A stretch of 27,542 nucleotides of DNA from Halalkalibacterium halodurans (GCF_004376175.1 NZ_SNUY01000060.1:1-27542); one strand, 5' to 3'; counted from the first letter of the stretch, positions 7,916 through 17,610 are shown. Numbers and translations: made by a program. The notes: generated by a model from the letters alone, not told the origin.

Positions 7916-8206
7916 CTAGCGCTGAGGTTTTCCATGTTTCAAGACGTTTTGCAAGAACGTAGGATTCGGATAATCGGAAGCCTCAATCTGTTCACAGACC
8001 GAGTGTATGTCGTAGCTAACGCGTTGGATTGTGACACTAAACTGTTCCTCAGCTCCGTCCACGAGTAAATAAGACGCTTGACACACTCCATCGAACGGGA
8101 GTCCGACACTACCGAGATTAGCGACGATTTTCCCATCAATAAATCGGACATATGGCAAATGGATATGACCGTAAAGATAAAGGTTCGCTAGGAAGACAAT
8201 TAAATA
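7916..8206 (-). pseudogene. Metallophosphoesterase (YfcE/MJ0936-like) C-terminal remnant
   Basis: The open frame reads ...LYLYGHIHLPYVRFIDGKIVANLGSVGLPFDG..., matching the GHTH and NPGS-type motifs of the calcineurin-like fold. The N-terminal metal-binding motifs (DxH, GD, GNH/GNHE) are missing. The frame closes at a stop at 8207-8209, inside AT-rich promoter DNA. Confidence 0.6.
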
Positions 8207-8218
8207 TTAATTTATCCA

Positions 8219-9844
<1,626 letters not shown>

Positions 9845-9852
9845 AAAAGACG

Positions 9853-9875
9853 GCCTCACAGCTTTTGTGTGAGGC
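9853..9875 (+). terminator. Weak or leaky terminator after abfA
   Basis: GCCTCACA (9853-9860) pairs with TGTGAGGC (9868-9875). The following T-tract is poor (TATCTTT). Confidence 0.5.
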
Positions 9876-9992
9876 TATCTTTAGTTCTACTTTGGCGTGT
9901 TCTATTAATAAATCTGACATGAACATTAGGCGATACGTCAAAAGCGTATTTAAGCAAGCGTCGTTCACCTAATCTAAGGAGGCGGACTATAC

Positions 9993-11192
9993 GTGAATCA
10001 TCTATTAAAACAAGCGAAGCGAGTCGCTAGTGAATGCGAGTGCGGTCACGAACATCAATGGATCGAAATGGATGAATTGCAACTGGGTAGGAACGCGATT
10101 AACTACCTCCCTGAGTATCTACATGAAAAAGGGCTATTACATGTGACAATAGTTGCCGATGCCAATACGTATGCTGTAGCAGGACAATTAGTAGCTCAGC
10201 TCCTTAGAGGCCGCGGGATCGATGTAGAAAATTGCATCCTTAAAGAGCAGGGGGCACCTACTTTACTTGCTGATGAGCATGGGCTTGGCCAACTCGTCAT
10301 TGGGGCAGCTAAGGAAACAGATGTCTTTCTTGCGGTAGGAGCCGGTACGATTCATGATCTGACGCGCATCGCTAGTTACAAGTTTGGTAAGCCATTTATC
10401 GCGATTCCCACAGCACCTTCGGTCGATGGGTTTACCTCGATGGGGGCACCGGTTATCCGTGATGGGGTAAAAATAACGTTCCAAACGCAGGCCCCGATCG
10501 CTTTATTTGCAGATTTGGATTTTTTAACACAAGCCCCTCGTTCTATGGTAGCTGCCGGTTTCGGTGACATGCTCGGGAAGTCCACATCACTAGTTGATTG
10601 GCAAGTGAGCCATATGTTGAATGATGAGCCTTTTTGTCCCGCTGTTTTTCACATGACAAAATCTGCGCTCACGATGTGTATGGAGCATGCTGATGAGATT
10701 GCAGCTTGCAATGAACAAGGGATCCGCCTGTTAACAGAAGCTCTCATCATGTCAGGGTTAGCCATGCTTATTTTTGGTCATTCCCATCCGGCATCAGGTG
10801 CAGAGCATCATCTATCCCATTATTGGGAAATGGCTTTTCTACGTTCAGGAGGAACGCAACCCCTTCATGGCGCGAAAGTCGGCTATGCGACGATGCTGAC
10901 TTCGGCATTATATAAAAACGAAGCTCGAAAAAAGATCGAAACGTTCCAAGGCGAAGGCTCCCCGTTGGTCAATAGCATTCATAAACATCGAGAGAGACTT
11001 TTAATGTTAATTGACACGATACCAGAATCTAGCGACATTCAAAGGTTGCTAGAAAGTGTAGGTGGGGCAGTGAAAAGTGCTGATTTAGCTCTTGCTGATT
11101 CGTTGGAGGACGAGGCGTTAGAGAAAGCTCATAAGCTACGAGAGCGGTGTACGCTTCTTTACTGTCTGAATGAACATTTAAAAACGTCTTAA
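9993..11192 (+). CDS. araM: sn-Glycerol-1-phosphate dehydrogenase (AraM-type, iron-ADH/DHQS-like fold)
   Basis: GAGTIHDLTR, PTAPSVDGFTSMGAPV, VAAGFGDMLGK and PASGAEHHLSH match my recollection of B. subtilis AraM almost block for block. GTG 9993 lies 8 nt after TAAGGAGG. Confidence 0.8.
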   Translation: MNHLLKQAKRVASECECGHEHQWIEMDELQLGRNAINYLPEYLHEKGLLHVTIVADANTYAVAGQLVAQLLRGRGIDVENCILKEQGAPTLLADEHGLGQLVIGAAKETDVFLAVGAGTIHDLTRIASYKFGKPFIAIPTAPSVDGFTSMGAPVIRDGVKITFQTQAPIALFADLDFLTQAPRSMVAAGFGDMLGKSTSLVDWQVSHMLNDEPFCPAVFHMTKSALTMCMEHADEIAACNEQGIRLLTEALIMSGLAMLIFGHSHPASGAEHHLSHYWEMAFLRSGGTQPLHGAKVGYATMLTSALYKNEARKKIETFQGEGSPLVNSIHKHRERLLMLIDTIPESSDIQRLLESVGGAVKSADLALADSLEDEALEKAHKLRERCTLLYCLNEHLKTS

Positions 11193-11383
11193 CCTTTATT
11201 GGAGGATCTGTTAAGCGCATTTTCAAGCATCAATATCGATGGTCGTCTTTTTTTTTTCGGCGCTTCATCCGCTTCTTATCTCGGAAGTTATACAAGAAGG
11301 TTTTGTGGAGACAAATAGTAAGGAACGGAATGGTTAACGCATTTCGTTCCTAAGGAGGTGGGATGGGAAAAATGGAACCCATA

Positions 11384-12028
11384 TTAGTTCGGTTCCGTTT
11401 TTTTCATATGTTCATAGCGATCGGCCAGTTTCTTGTAGCCGAAGAGAAAGGACCACATCGTGAGTGCCGCCATAAAGCTAGCAGCAAACAAAGGGAGAAG
11501 AATCGGAAAAGTTAAAAAGAGCAAGGCGCTTAAACTGAGCGTAATCATTAACAACAAAGTTCGAAACGGCTGCAGCACACCGAGAAGAAATGAATGCTTA
11601 AAGTATTGTTTATAAGATAAATCAAAATGAACAAGCGTAGGGAAAATATACAAAAGTGTCACTAGATAAATAAACGAGAGGGCACCAACGCCCATTAAAA
11701 GAAGCTGGCCCATCCAGTGGGAAGTTCCGAGAAGGAGGAGAACATCCAGATATAAAATTCCTCCAATTAGAACGAGAGTCTGCCCGACCAAATTCGCGAT
11801 TTTAAACGACCGTTTAAATTCATTCAAATAGGTTTGAAAGAGCGGAAAATCATCCTCCTTTTGATACCATTTGCGAAAAACCGCAAATAGACTTGCTGTT
11901 GCAGGCATGACCCCAAGAATGATGCCGCCAATGAAAGAAAAAAGCAGCCAGAGGAGGTTCAAATAGACGAGTCTCATGATCCATTCGAATAGTTTCATGA
12001 TTTTCGTGTACGGATTGTCCTCATTCAT
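11384..12028 (-). CDS. YesL-family (DUF624) integral membrane protein
   Basis: LVYLNLLWLLFSFIGGIILGVMPATASLFAVFRKW is the typical YesL N-terminus, and the protein has multiple TM segments. I prefer ATG 12028 (GAAGGTGA 8 nt upstream) to ATG 12049, which has no SD. Confidence 0.8.
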   Translation of the reverse strand: MNEDNPYTKIMKLFEWIMRLVYLNLLWLLFSFIGGIILGVMPATASLFAVFRKWYQKEDDFPLFQTYLNEFKRSFKIANLVGQTLVLIGGILYLDVLLLLGTSHWMGQLLLMGVGALSFIYLVTLLYIFPTLVHFDLSYKQYFKHSFLLGVLQPFRTLLLMITLSLSALLFLTFPILLPLFAASFMAALTMWSFLFGYKKLADRYEHMKKTEPN

Positions 12029-12072
12029 AGTAAGAATCACCTTCTTCATCGCTATTAATTACAGAATAACAT

Positions 12073-12084
12073 AATTTAATTAAT
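12073..12084. repeat. AT-rich 12-mer AATTTAATTAAT, copy 1
   Basis: An exact 12-mer, upstream of yesL. Identical copies lie at 12251-12262 and, reverse-complemented, at 20085-20096. Confidence 0.9.
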
Positions 12085-12199
12085 ATAAATACTATCTGTT
12101 TCTTCATTTCATTTATAAGAATGACGATCTTTTTCTTTTATCGTTCAGCTGTATCTGAGAGAAGAAAAAAAGGGTTACTCCTCAATATGATAATTAGCA

Positions 12200-12228
12200 T
12201 TGACATTAATGAAATAAGTAAATATAAT
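12200..12228 (+). promoter_or_regulatory. Consensus sigma-A promoter of the ABC-transporter operon
   Basis: TTGACA (12200-12205), exactly 17 nt, then TATAAT (12223-12228). Confidence 0.65.
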
Positions 12229-12240
12229 GTACATATATTA
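12225..12240. promoter_or_regulatory. Candidate degenerate AraR-like box (TAATGTACATATATTA)
   Basis: The core TGTACATATA matches TGTACGTACA at 8 of 10 positions and resembles the araR-promoter box TGTACGTATA. It overlaps the -10/+1 region. Confidence 0.3.
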
Positions 12241-12250
12241 ATGATAAAGC

Positions 12251-12262
12251 AATTTAATTAAT
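12251..12262. repeat. AT-rich 12-mer AATTTAATTAAT, copy 2
   Basis: Exact copy, 23 nt downstream of the -10 in the leader. TAATATTAAC follows it. Confidence 0.9.
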
Positions 12263-12315
12263 TCTAATATTAACAAATGAAGGGGAGCAAGGCATTTTTT
12301 ATTTTTATGAATCTA

Positions 12316-12329
12316 TGAAAGCGTTTTAA
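12316..12329. promoter_or_regulatory. Candidate catabolite-responsive element (cre)
   Basis: TGAAAGCGTTTTAA has one mismatch to TGWAANCGNTNWCA. It lies in the leader of the ABC operon. Confidence 0.4.
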
Positions 12330-12395
12330 CATTGATTGCACGAAAGAATCTTTCTTTCTGTAATATTACGTTACATAAAAAAGGGGAGGTACACG

Positions 12396-13781
12396 ATGGG
12401 ACGAGTAAAGAAACAGTTAAGTTTTTTCTTGATGGTGTTACTAGCTGTATCTTTGGCTGCTTGCGGTGGGTCTGCACAGGAAGGTGGCGTGCAGGAAAGC
12501 AAAGTGGATGAAGAAGGGAATGTGCACATTAGCATTTCCACATGGGGATTACCTGATGAGTTAGCCGTTTTTAATGAGTTAGTTGATAACTTTGAAAATG
12601 ATAACCCGAACATTAAGGTCAACGTTATTCATATTCCTGATGATTATAGTGGAAAGATGAATACGATGCTTGCAGGGGGAACAGCTCCTGACGTTGTGTT
12701 TACTTCTGATGGTGATTTTGGTGGTTGGGTAAAGGCTGGTTTGTTTTTGAACATTCAAGACATGGTGGAAGAAAGCTCGATTAATCTTGAAGATATGTGG
12801 GAATCGGCCCTTAGTCGTTACCGCTGGGATGGACGAGTATTGGGAGAAGGGGATCTCTACGCTTTACCGAAAGATATTGGTCCTTCAGCTCTTTTCTACA
12901 ATAAAGATTTATTCGATGAAGCGGGGGTTTCTTACCCAGATCCAGAAGTTCCGATGTCATGGGACGAATTATTAGAAAAAGCAAAAGCCTTAACGATTGA
13001 TGAAAATGGTAATGGAAGACCCGATCAATTCGGGTTAGGTCCGATCTGGTGGGAAGGTTTTATTTGGTCCAATGGCGGCGATATTTTAAGTGAAGATAGA
13101 ACAACGTTTGTTATGAACGAACCGGAAGCAGTGGAAGCTCTGCAATTTGTAGCTGATTTAACCCACGTCCATAAGGTGGCGCCTGACTCTCGTTCGCTTG
13201 AAGCAATGGATGCGGATCAAATGTTTGAAACCGGGCGAATTGCGATGATGACAGCGGGACGATGGATGGTACCGACGTATCGTAAACTAGATTTTGACTG
13301 GGATGTAGCACCGCCTCCTGCGGGGGCAACAGGGGTGTCATCCAGCTGGTCTGGATCTGTAGGTTATGCGATTAATAAAGACACGAATTTCCCTGAGGAA
13401 GCCTTTCAATTAATAGAATACCTTGCGGGTGAACGTGGGCAAGAAATTCAAACAGAACTCGGGTTTGCGATCCCAACTTATAAATCTGTGTCTGAAACAG
13501 ATGTGTTTCTACAGCTAGGGGAAAAGCCTGAAAATGCAGAAGCATTCATCATTGGTGCGGAAACGCAACGACCAGGTCCATGGACGCTTACGCCGAACAA
13601 TCGTTGGTTGGACCATGTGAATCAAAATTTGACTTATCTATGGAACGGAGAGCGTAGCGCTGAGGAAATTTTGGATGAAATAGCAGATGAAGTTCAGCAG
13701 CTACTTGAAGAAGGGAATCCAGAAATTTTCGGGAATGAACCTGCAAGTGAGGAGGAAGGTGAAGGTGATGGTGAGGAATAG
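12396..13781 (+). CDS. Extracellular sugar-binding lipoprotein (ABC family-1 SBP, AraN-like; probable arabino-oligosaccharide binding)
   Basis: MGRVKKQLSFFLMVLLAVSLAACGG is a lipoprotein signal with an LAAC lipobox. The body has typical CUT1 SBP features and an acidic C-terminal tail (EEEGEGDGEE). ATG 12396 follows AAGGGGAGG. Confidence 0.9.
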   Translation: MGRVKKQLSFFLMVLLAVSLAACGGSAQEGGVQESKVDEEGNVHISISTWGLPDELAVFNELVDNFENDNPNIKVNVIHIPDDYSGKMNTMLAGGTAPDVVFTSDGDFGGWVKAGLFLNIQDMVEESSINLEDMWESALSRYRWDGRVLGEGDLYALPKDIGPSALFYNKDLFDEAGVSYPDPEVPMSWDELLEKAKALTIDENGNGRPDQFGLGPIWWEGFIWSNGGDILSEDRTTFVMNEPEAVEALQFVADLTHVHKVAPDSRSLEAMDADQMFETGRIAMMTAGRWMVPTYRKLDFDWDVAPPPAGATGVSSSWSGSVGYAINKDTNFPEEAFQLIEYLAGERGQEIQTELGFAIPTYKSVSETDVFLQLGEKPENAEAFIIGAETQRPGPWTLTPNNRWLDHVNQNLTYLWNGERSAEEILDEIADEVQQLLEEGNPEIFGNEPASEEEGEGDGEE

Positions 13782-13799
13782 GGGGCTCACCCCCTTTTT
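13781..13799 (+). terminator. Short GC stem plus T5 between the SBP and permease genes (partial terminator or stabiliser)
   Basis: GGGGG-CTCA-CCCCC followed by TTTTT, immediately after the SBP stop codon. Confidence 0.45.
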
Positions 13800-13836
13800 C
13801 TCACTTTCCTTTTGACCGAAGCGAAAGGAGAGGTGA

Positions 13837-14394
13837 GTGGAGATGGAAGTAGAAACTCCTCGAGAGACGAAAACGACGAAGGCGAGGAAACAGAAGCGCC
13901 GTCTTAATAAAGAGTATTTTTGGGGCTATCTGTTTATTGCCCCTCCGATTATTGGGTTTGCTATTTTCGCGTTAGGCCCTATGCTTTATTCCATTTATGT
14001 TAGCTTCACCGATTTCGATTTATATAATGAGCCTGTTTGGACTGGTGCTGATAACTACTATCGTTTGTTTGTGACAGATGATTTGTTTCGAAAAACGGTA
14101 TTTAATACGTTTTATGCAGCCCTCGGTATTCCGATTGGGATGGCTGTTTCTTTAGGAATTGCCGTTGCGCTCAATCAAAAAGTAAAAGGGATCGCCTTGT
14201 TTCGTACAGCGTTCTTTTTACCAGCTGTTAGTTCGGTTGTCGCGATTACATTGCTTTGGCGCTGGATCTTTAACGCTGATTTTGGCTTATTGAACATTAT
14301 GCTAAATTATGTTGGGATTCATGGGCCAGGCTGGTTAAGTGACGAAAAATGGGCGATGCCGGCAATGATCATTCAAGGGGTTTGGGGCGGCTGA
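13837..14394 (+). CDS. ABC sugar permease (CUT1, AraP/MalF-like), N-terminal part of a gene interrupted by an in-frame TGA (pseudogene candidate)
   Basis: FWGYLFIAPPIIGFAIFALGPMLYS is the typical permease N-terminus. The ORF ends ...MIIQGVWGG-TGA in the middle of the family core. Alternative start ATG 13843. Confidence 0.8.
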   Translation: MEMEVETPRETKTTKARKQKRRLNKEYFWGYLFIAPPIIGFAIFALGPMLYSIYVSFTDFDLYNEPVWTGADNYYRLFVTDDLFRKTVFNTFYAALGIPIGMAVSLGIAVALNQKVKGIALFRTAFFLPAVSSVVAITLLWRWIFNADFGLLNIMLNYVGIHGPGWLSDEKWAMPAMIIQGVWGG

Positions 14395-14403
14395 GGGATT
14401 AAC

Positions 14404-14766
14404 ATGATTTTATACCTTGCCGCGCTTCAAGGGGTTAACCCTGCATTATATGAAGCGGCAGATATTGATGGAGGAAATGCTTGGCAGAAGTTCATTCATA
14501 TTACGGTTCCCTCCATTTCGCCAACCACCTTCTTTATTTTAATTACATCTACGATAGGGGCATTGCAGGATTTTCAGCGGTTCATGATTATGACTGAAGG
14601 TGGACCGAATTATTCGACGACCACGGTTGTGTATTACTTGTTCTTAAACGCCTTTAGATACATGGAGATGGGGTATGCTTCAGCGATGGCTTGGGTGCTC
14701 GGGATCATTATTCTTATTATTACAATCATTAACTTTAAGCTTGCAAAAAAATGGGTGCATTATTGA
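14404..14766 (+). CDS. ABC sugar permease, C-terminal part of the same interrupted gene
   Basis: Same reading frame as 13837-14394. It contains the EAA loop LYEAADIDGGNAWQKFIHITVP. GAGGGA lies 5 nt before ATG 14404. Confidence 0.8.
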   Translation: MILYLAALQGVNPALYEAADIDGGNAWQKFIHITVPSISPTTFFILITSTIGALQDFQRFMIMTEGGPNYSTTTVVYYLFLNAFRYMEMGYASAMAWVLGIIILIITIINFKLAKKWVHY

Positions 14767-14783
14767 TCGGGAGGTGAGGCCTT

Positions 14784-15641
14784 ATGGAAGCTGTTTCTTG
14801 GTATCAAAGCAAATCAAAAATGAATACAATCAAAAAAATCCTTTCCTATACTTTTTTAATGATCGGTGGACTGATTATGGCTGTCCCGTTTTTATGGATG
14901 CTTTCTACATCGTTGAAGACCCCAGGGGCGATTTTCGCTATGCCTCCAGAGTTTATCCCTCGTGAGATTACATTCGAAAACTACATTCGAGTGTTCACTG
15001 AAGCAGATCTACTACTAGGGTTCCGTAATACGATGATCATCATTATTCCTACGACAGCGATCGGGATTTTCACGAGCTCGCTAGCAGCGTTTGCTTTTGC
15101 TAAGCTTAACTTTCCTGGACGGGATAAGTTGTTTTTCGCTCTTATCGCCACGATGATGCTGCCTGGGATTGTAACCCTTGTCCCACAGTTCATTTTATTC
15201 AGAGAGTTAGGGTGGCTTGATACTTTTAAACCTTTAATGATCCCTGGCTTTTTCGGAGCTGCGATGACAGTGTTCTTCCTACGACAATTTTTTATGACGA
15301 TTCCAAACGACCTAATCGATGCTGCAAAAATTGACGGACTTAGTTTTTTCGGGATTTTTCGCAAGATCATGGTTCCTTTAGCGAAGCCTGCGATCGTTAC
15401 ACAAGTCATTTTAGGGCTACTTGCTGGCTACAACGATTTTATGGGGCCATTGATTTATCTGAACTCTCCAGAAAATTTCACGCTTCAACTCGTATTAGCA
15501 TCTTTTCGCGGCTATTACACGTCTGAGTGGGGATTAATTATGGCCGGATCAGTGATTGCGTTAATCCCAACGTTAGTTGCGTTCTTCTTCGCGCAAAAGC
15601 AGTTTATTGAAGGCATCGTGATGACAGGTGTGAAGGGATAG
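14784..15641 (+). CDS. ABC sugar permease (CUT1, AraQ/MalG-like)
   Basis: Six-TM layout with the EAA-type loop LIDAAKIDGLSFFGIFRKIMVPLAKP. GGGAGGTGAGG lies upstream of the ATG. Confidence 0.9.
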   Translation: MEAVSWYQSKSKMNTIKKILSYTFLMIGGLIMAVPFLWMLSTSLKTPGAIFAMPPEFIPREITFENYIRVFTEADLLLGFRNTMIIIIPTTAIGIFTSSLAAFAFAKLNFPGRDKLFFALIATMMLPGIVTLVPQFILFRELGWLDTFKPLMIPGFFGAAMTVFFLRQFFMTIPNDLIDAAKIDGLSFFGIFRKIMVPLAKPAIVTQVILGLLAGYNDFMGPLIYLNSPENFTLQLVLASFRGYYTSEWGLIMAGSVIALIPTLVAFFFAQKQFIEGIVMTGVKG

Positions 15642-15671
15642 TGCAAAAATAAAATGAAACTCAATTAACGG

Positions 15672-15704
15672 CCCGTGGGGGAGGCCTGCGGGTTTATTGT
15701 TTTT
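15672..15704 (+). terminator. Intrinsic terminator after the permease genes
   Basis: CCCGTGGG (15672-15679) pairs with CCTGCGGG (15685-15692), including two G-U pairs. TTTATTGTTTTT follows. Confidence 0.55.
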
Positions 15705-15789
15705 CAGAGGGACTTAGGGTTGTTTTGGCGTATCGCTTTGTTTAATCATTAATATATTTACTAATTAATTAATATTTATTTTGGAGGGG

Positions 15790-16779
15790 ATGACATTGAC
15801 TATTACCGCAAACACATACCGTAATCCATTTATTGAGCAACGGGCTGATCCATGGGTATACAAACATGCAGATGGTTTTTATTATTTCACAGGCTCTGTC
15901 CCTGCTTATGACTGCATTGAATTACGGCGAGCGAAAACATTAGATGGACTACGTGAGGCAGAACCGAAAGTCGTTTGGCGAAAATATGACCGCGGTCCGA
16001 TGAGTGCAAACATTTGGGCGCCAGAAATCCATTACATTGAAGGTAAATGGTATATTTATTTTGCGGCAGCAAGGACGGCAGAAACAAAAGCAGGATTGTT
16101 TGACCATCGCATGTTTGTCTTGGAAAATGAATCGGCGAATCCACTAGAGGGATCGTGGATCGAGAAGGGGAAAATCTTTACAAAGTGGGAGAGCTTTTCA
16201 CTGGATGCGACAACTTTCGAGCACAAGGGCGTTCGTTACCTCGTCTGGCCGCAAAAAGATCCAAGCATCGAAGGGAATTCAAATCTATACATTGCCGAAA
16301 TGGAAAACCCGTGGACGATTAAAGGGGAACAGGTGATGCTCTCAAAACCAGAATTTGACTGGGAAGTGATTGGATATAAGGTGAATGAAGGGCCTGCCGT
16401 CATTAAGAGAAACGGCAAGGTGTTTATTGCATATTCGGCAAGCGCCACAGATCACCATTACTGTATGGGTCTACTTTGGGCAAATGAAGAGGCAGACTTA
16501 CTAGACCCTGCTTCATGGACTAAGTCACCGACTCCTGTTTTTCAAACAAGTGAAGAAAACGGACAATATGGGCCTGGTCATAATAGTTTTACGGTAACGG
16601 AAGACGGAAAGTATGATGTGTTAGTATATCATGCTCGTAGTTACAAGGAAATTGAAGGAGATCCGCTGTATGATCCTAATCGTCATGCACGTTTGAAATT
16701 ATTCACGTGGGATAAGGACGGATTCCCTCAGTTCGGTGAGCCATTACCTGATACGATGAACATGGAGAAAGCGACGTAA
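15790..16779 (+). CDS. GH43 glycoside hydrolase, probable intracellular exo-alpha-L-arabinofuranosidase/arabinanase
   Basis: NPFIEQRADPWVYKHADGFYYFTGS carries the catalytic Asp, and WAPEIHYIEGKWYIYF and VNEGPAVIKRNGKVF (acid Glu) are GH43 five-bladed-propeller motifs. There is no signal peptide. The start is ambiguous: ATG 15790 abuts GGAGGGG, while TTG 15796 has better spacing. Confidence 0.85.
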   Translation: MTLTITANTYRNPFIEQRADPWVYKHADGFYYFTGSVPAYDCIELRRAKTLDGLREAEPKVVWRKYDRGPMSANIWAPEIHYIEGKWYIYFAAARTAETKAGLFDHRMFVLENESANPLEGSWIEKGKIFTKWESFSLDATTFEHKGVRYLVWPQKDPSIEGNSNLYIAEMENPWTIKGEQVMLSKPEFDWEVIGYKVNEGPAVIKRNGKVFIAYSASATDHHYCMGLLWANEEADLLDPASWTKSPTPVFQTSEENGQYGPGHNSFTVTEDGKYDVLVYHARSYKEIEGDPLYDPNRHARLKLFTWDKDGFPQFGEPLPDTMNMEKAT

Positions 16780-16785
16780 CCGAAG

Positions 16786-16810
16786 GTGCTTGCGCTTAGC
16801 GAGCACTTTC
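16786..16810 (+). terminator. Terminator-like hairpin after GH43
   Basis: GTGCTTGC (16786-16793) pairs with GCGAGCAC (16799-16806), followed by TTTC. The U-run is short. Confidence 0.45.
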
Positions 16811-16836
16811 TGTATGAATGTTTTCGAATCATCGAT

Positions 16837-16862
16837 AAAAAAGAACGGAGACAATTCCGTCC
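16837..16862 (-). terminator. Intrinsic terminator for the minus-strand GH27-regulator-GNAT unit
   Basis: On the minus strand, GGACGGA-ATTGTC-TCCGTTC forms a 7-bp stem and is followed by TTTTTT. Confidence 0.6.
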
Positions 16863-16916
16863 AGAAAGAAAAACGTCTTGGTGATAGCCAAGCCTTTCTA
16901 AATTAAAGCAGTCACA

Positions 16917-17420
16917 TCATTCTTCCCTCAACCCTGAATAAATTGCATGCATTTTTTCGAAGATCCAAACCTCTTTTTCTCGAGTAAATCCGATGTTCTC
17001 TGCGACACGAATCGAAGCGGTATTAGCCGGATCGATAATGCTGATCAATTTGTCTAAGCCTAGTGCATCAAAACCATAGCTTTTACAAGCCTTTGCTGCT
17101 TCAGTTGCAAACCCACGACACCAGTAATTTTTATGAATGTGATAGCCGATTTCTACGTGAGTTTGCCCTTCTATTAGTTGCTTCACCAATCCGCAGTCGC
17201 CAATACATTCATCCGTTTCCTTTAGACATACTGCCCATAATCCATAACCATCTCGCTTGTACCGCTGTTGATTTCTGCTCACCCAGCTTTCCGTTTGTTC
17301 ATACCGAAAAGGAGCGGGATAGTAGCTCATCGTTTCGGCATCTGAATATAAGCTGTGCAATGTAGGGATATCCGTCTCGATAAATTCTCGTAAAAATAAT
17401 CGTTCGGTTTCTAGTATCAA
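16917..17420 (-). CDS. GNAT-family N-acetyltransferase (RimJ/RimL-like)
   Basis: ILETERLFLREF is the typical N-terminus, and EIGYHIHKNYWCRGFATEAAKA is the acetyl-CoA binding region. TTG 17420 lies 7 nt after GGAGGT. The track's 57-codon upstream extension (to 17591) has no homology or SD. Confidence 0.8.
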   Translation of the reverse strand: MILETERLFLREFIETDIPTLHSLYSDAETMSYYPAPFRYEQTESWVSRNQQRYKRDGYGLWAVCLKETDECIGDCGLVKQLIEGQTHVEIGYHIHKNYWCRGFATEAAKACKSYGFDALGLDKLISIIDPANTASIRVAENIGFTREKEVWIFEKMHAIYSGLREE

Positions 17421-17610
17421 AAGAGTTACCTCCAGTTTTAAGGATTGATCGAAAAAAATGAAATGACATTCAGCGGGGATTAAAGCCCTCGCAATAGAAA
17501 AACTTAATAGGTTGAAGAATACAGCCTTGCCACAATGCCTTGAATTGGGAAGGATAAAATACAAAAAGATAAGGAAGACAGTAAACAACATATCTCCCTT
17601 TAGAACAAAG

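Noticed and set aside
11243-11258. T10 run after araM as its terminator
   Set aside because: Only a 4-bp CATC/GATG stem precedes it, so this is not a convincing intrinsic terminator. How araM and yesL transcription terminate remains unresolved.
11351-11515. Strong SD (TAAGGAGGTG) followed by ATG 11363/11372, opening a ~50-codon plus-strand ORF antisense to the 3' end of yesL. A 12-bp imperfect hairpin precedes it at 11321-11352.
   Set aside because: The ORF overlaps a well-supported gene on the other strand and has no recognisable product. It could be a fossil 5' end of a lost gene or an sRNA or antisense feature, but the sequence alone does not support a call.
14675-14965. 96-aa ORF bridging the two permease genes
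   Set aside because: It is in an alternative frame overlapping two well-supported permease CDSs and has no SD.
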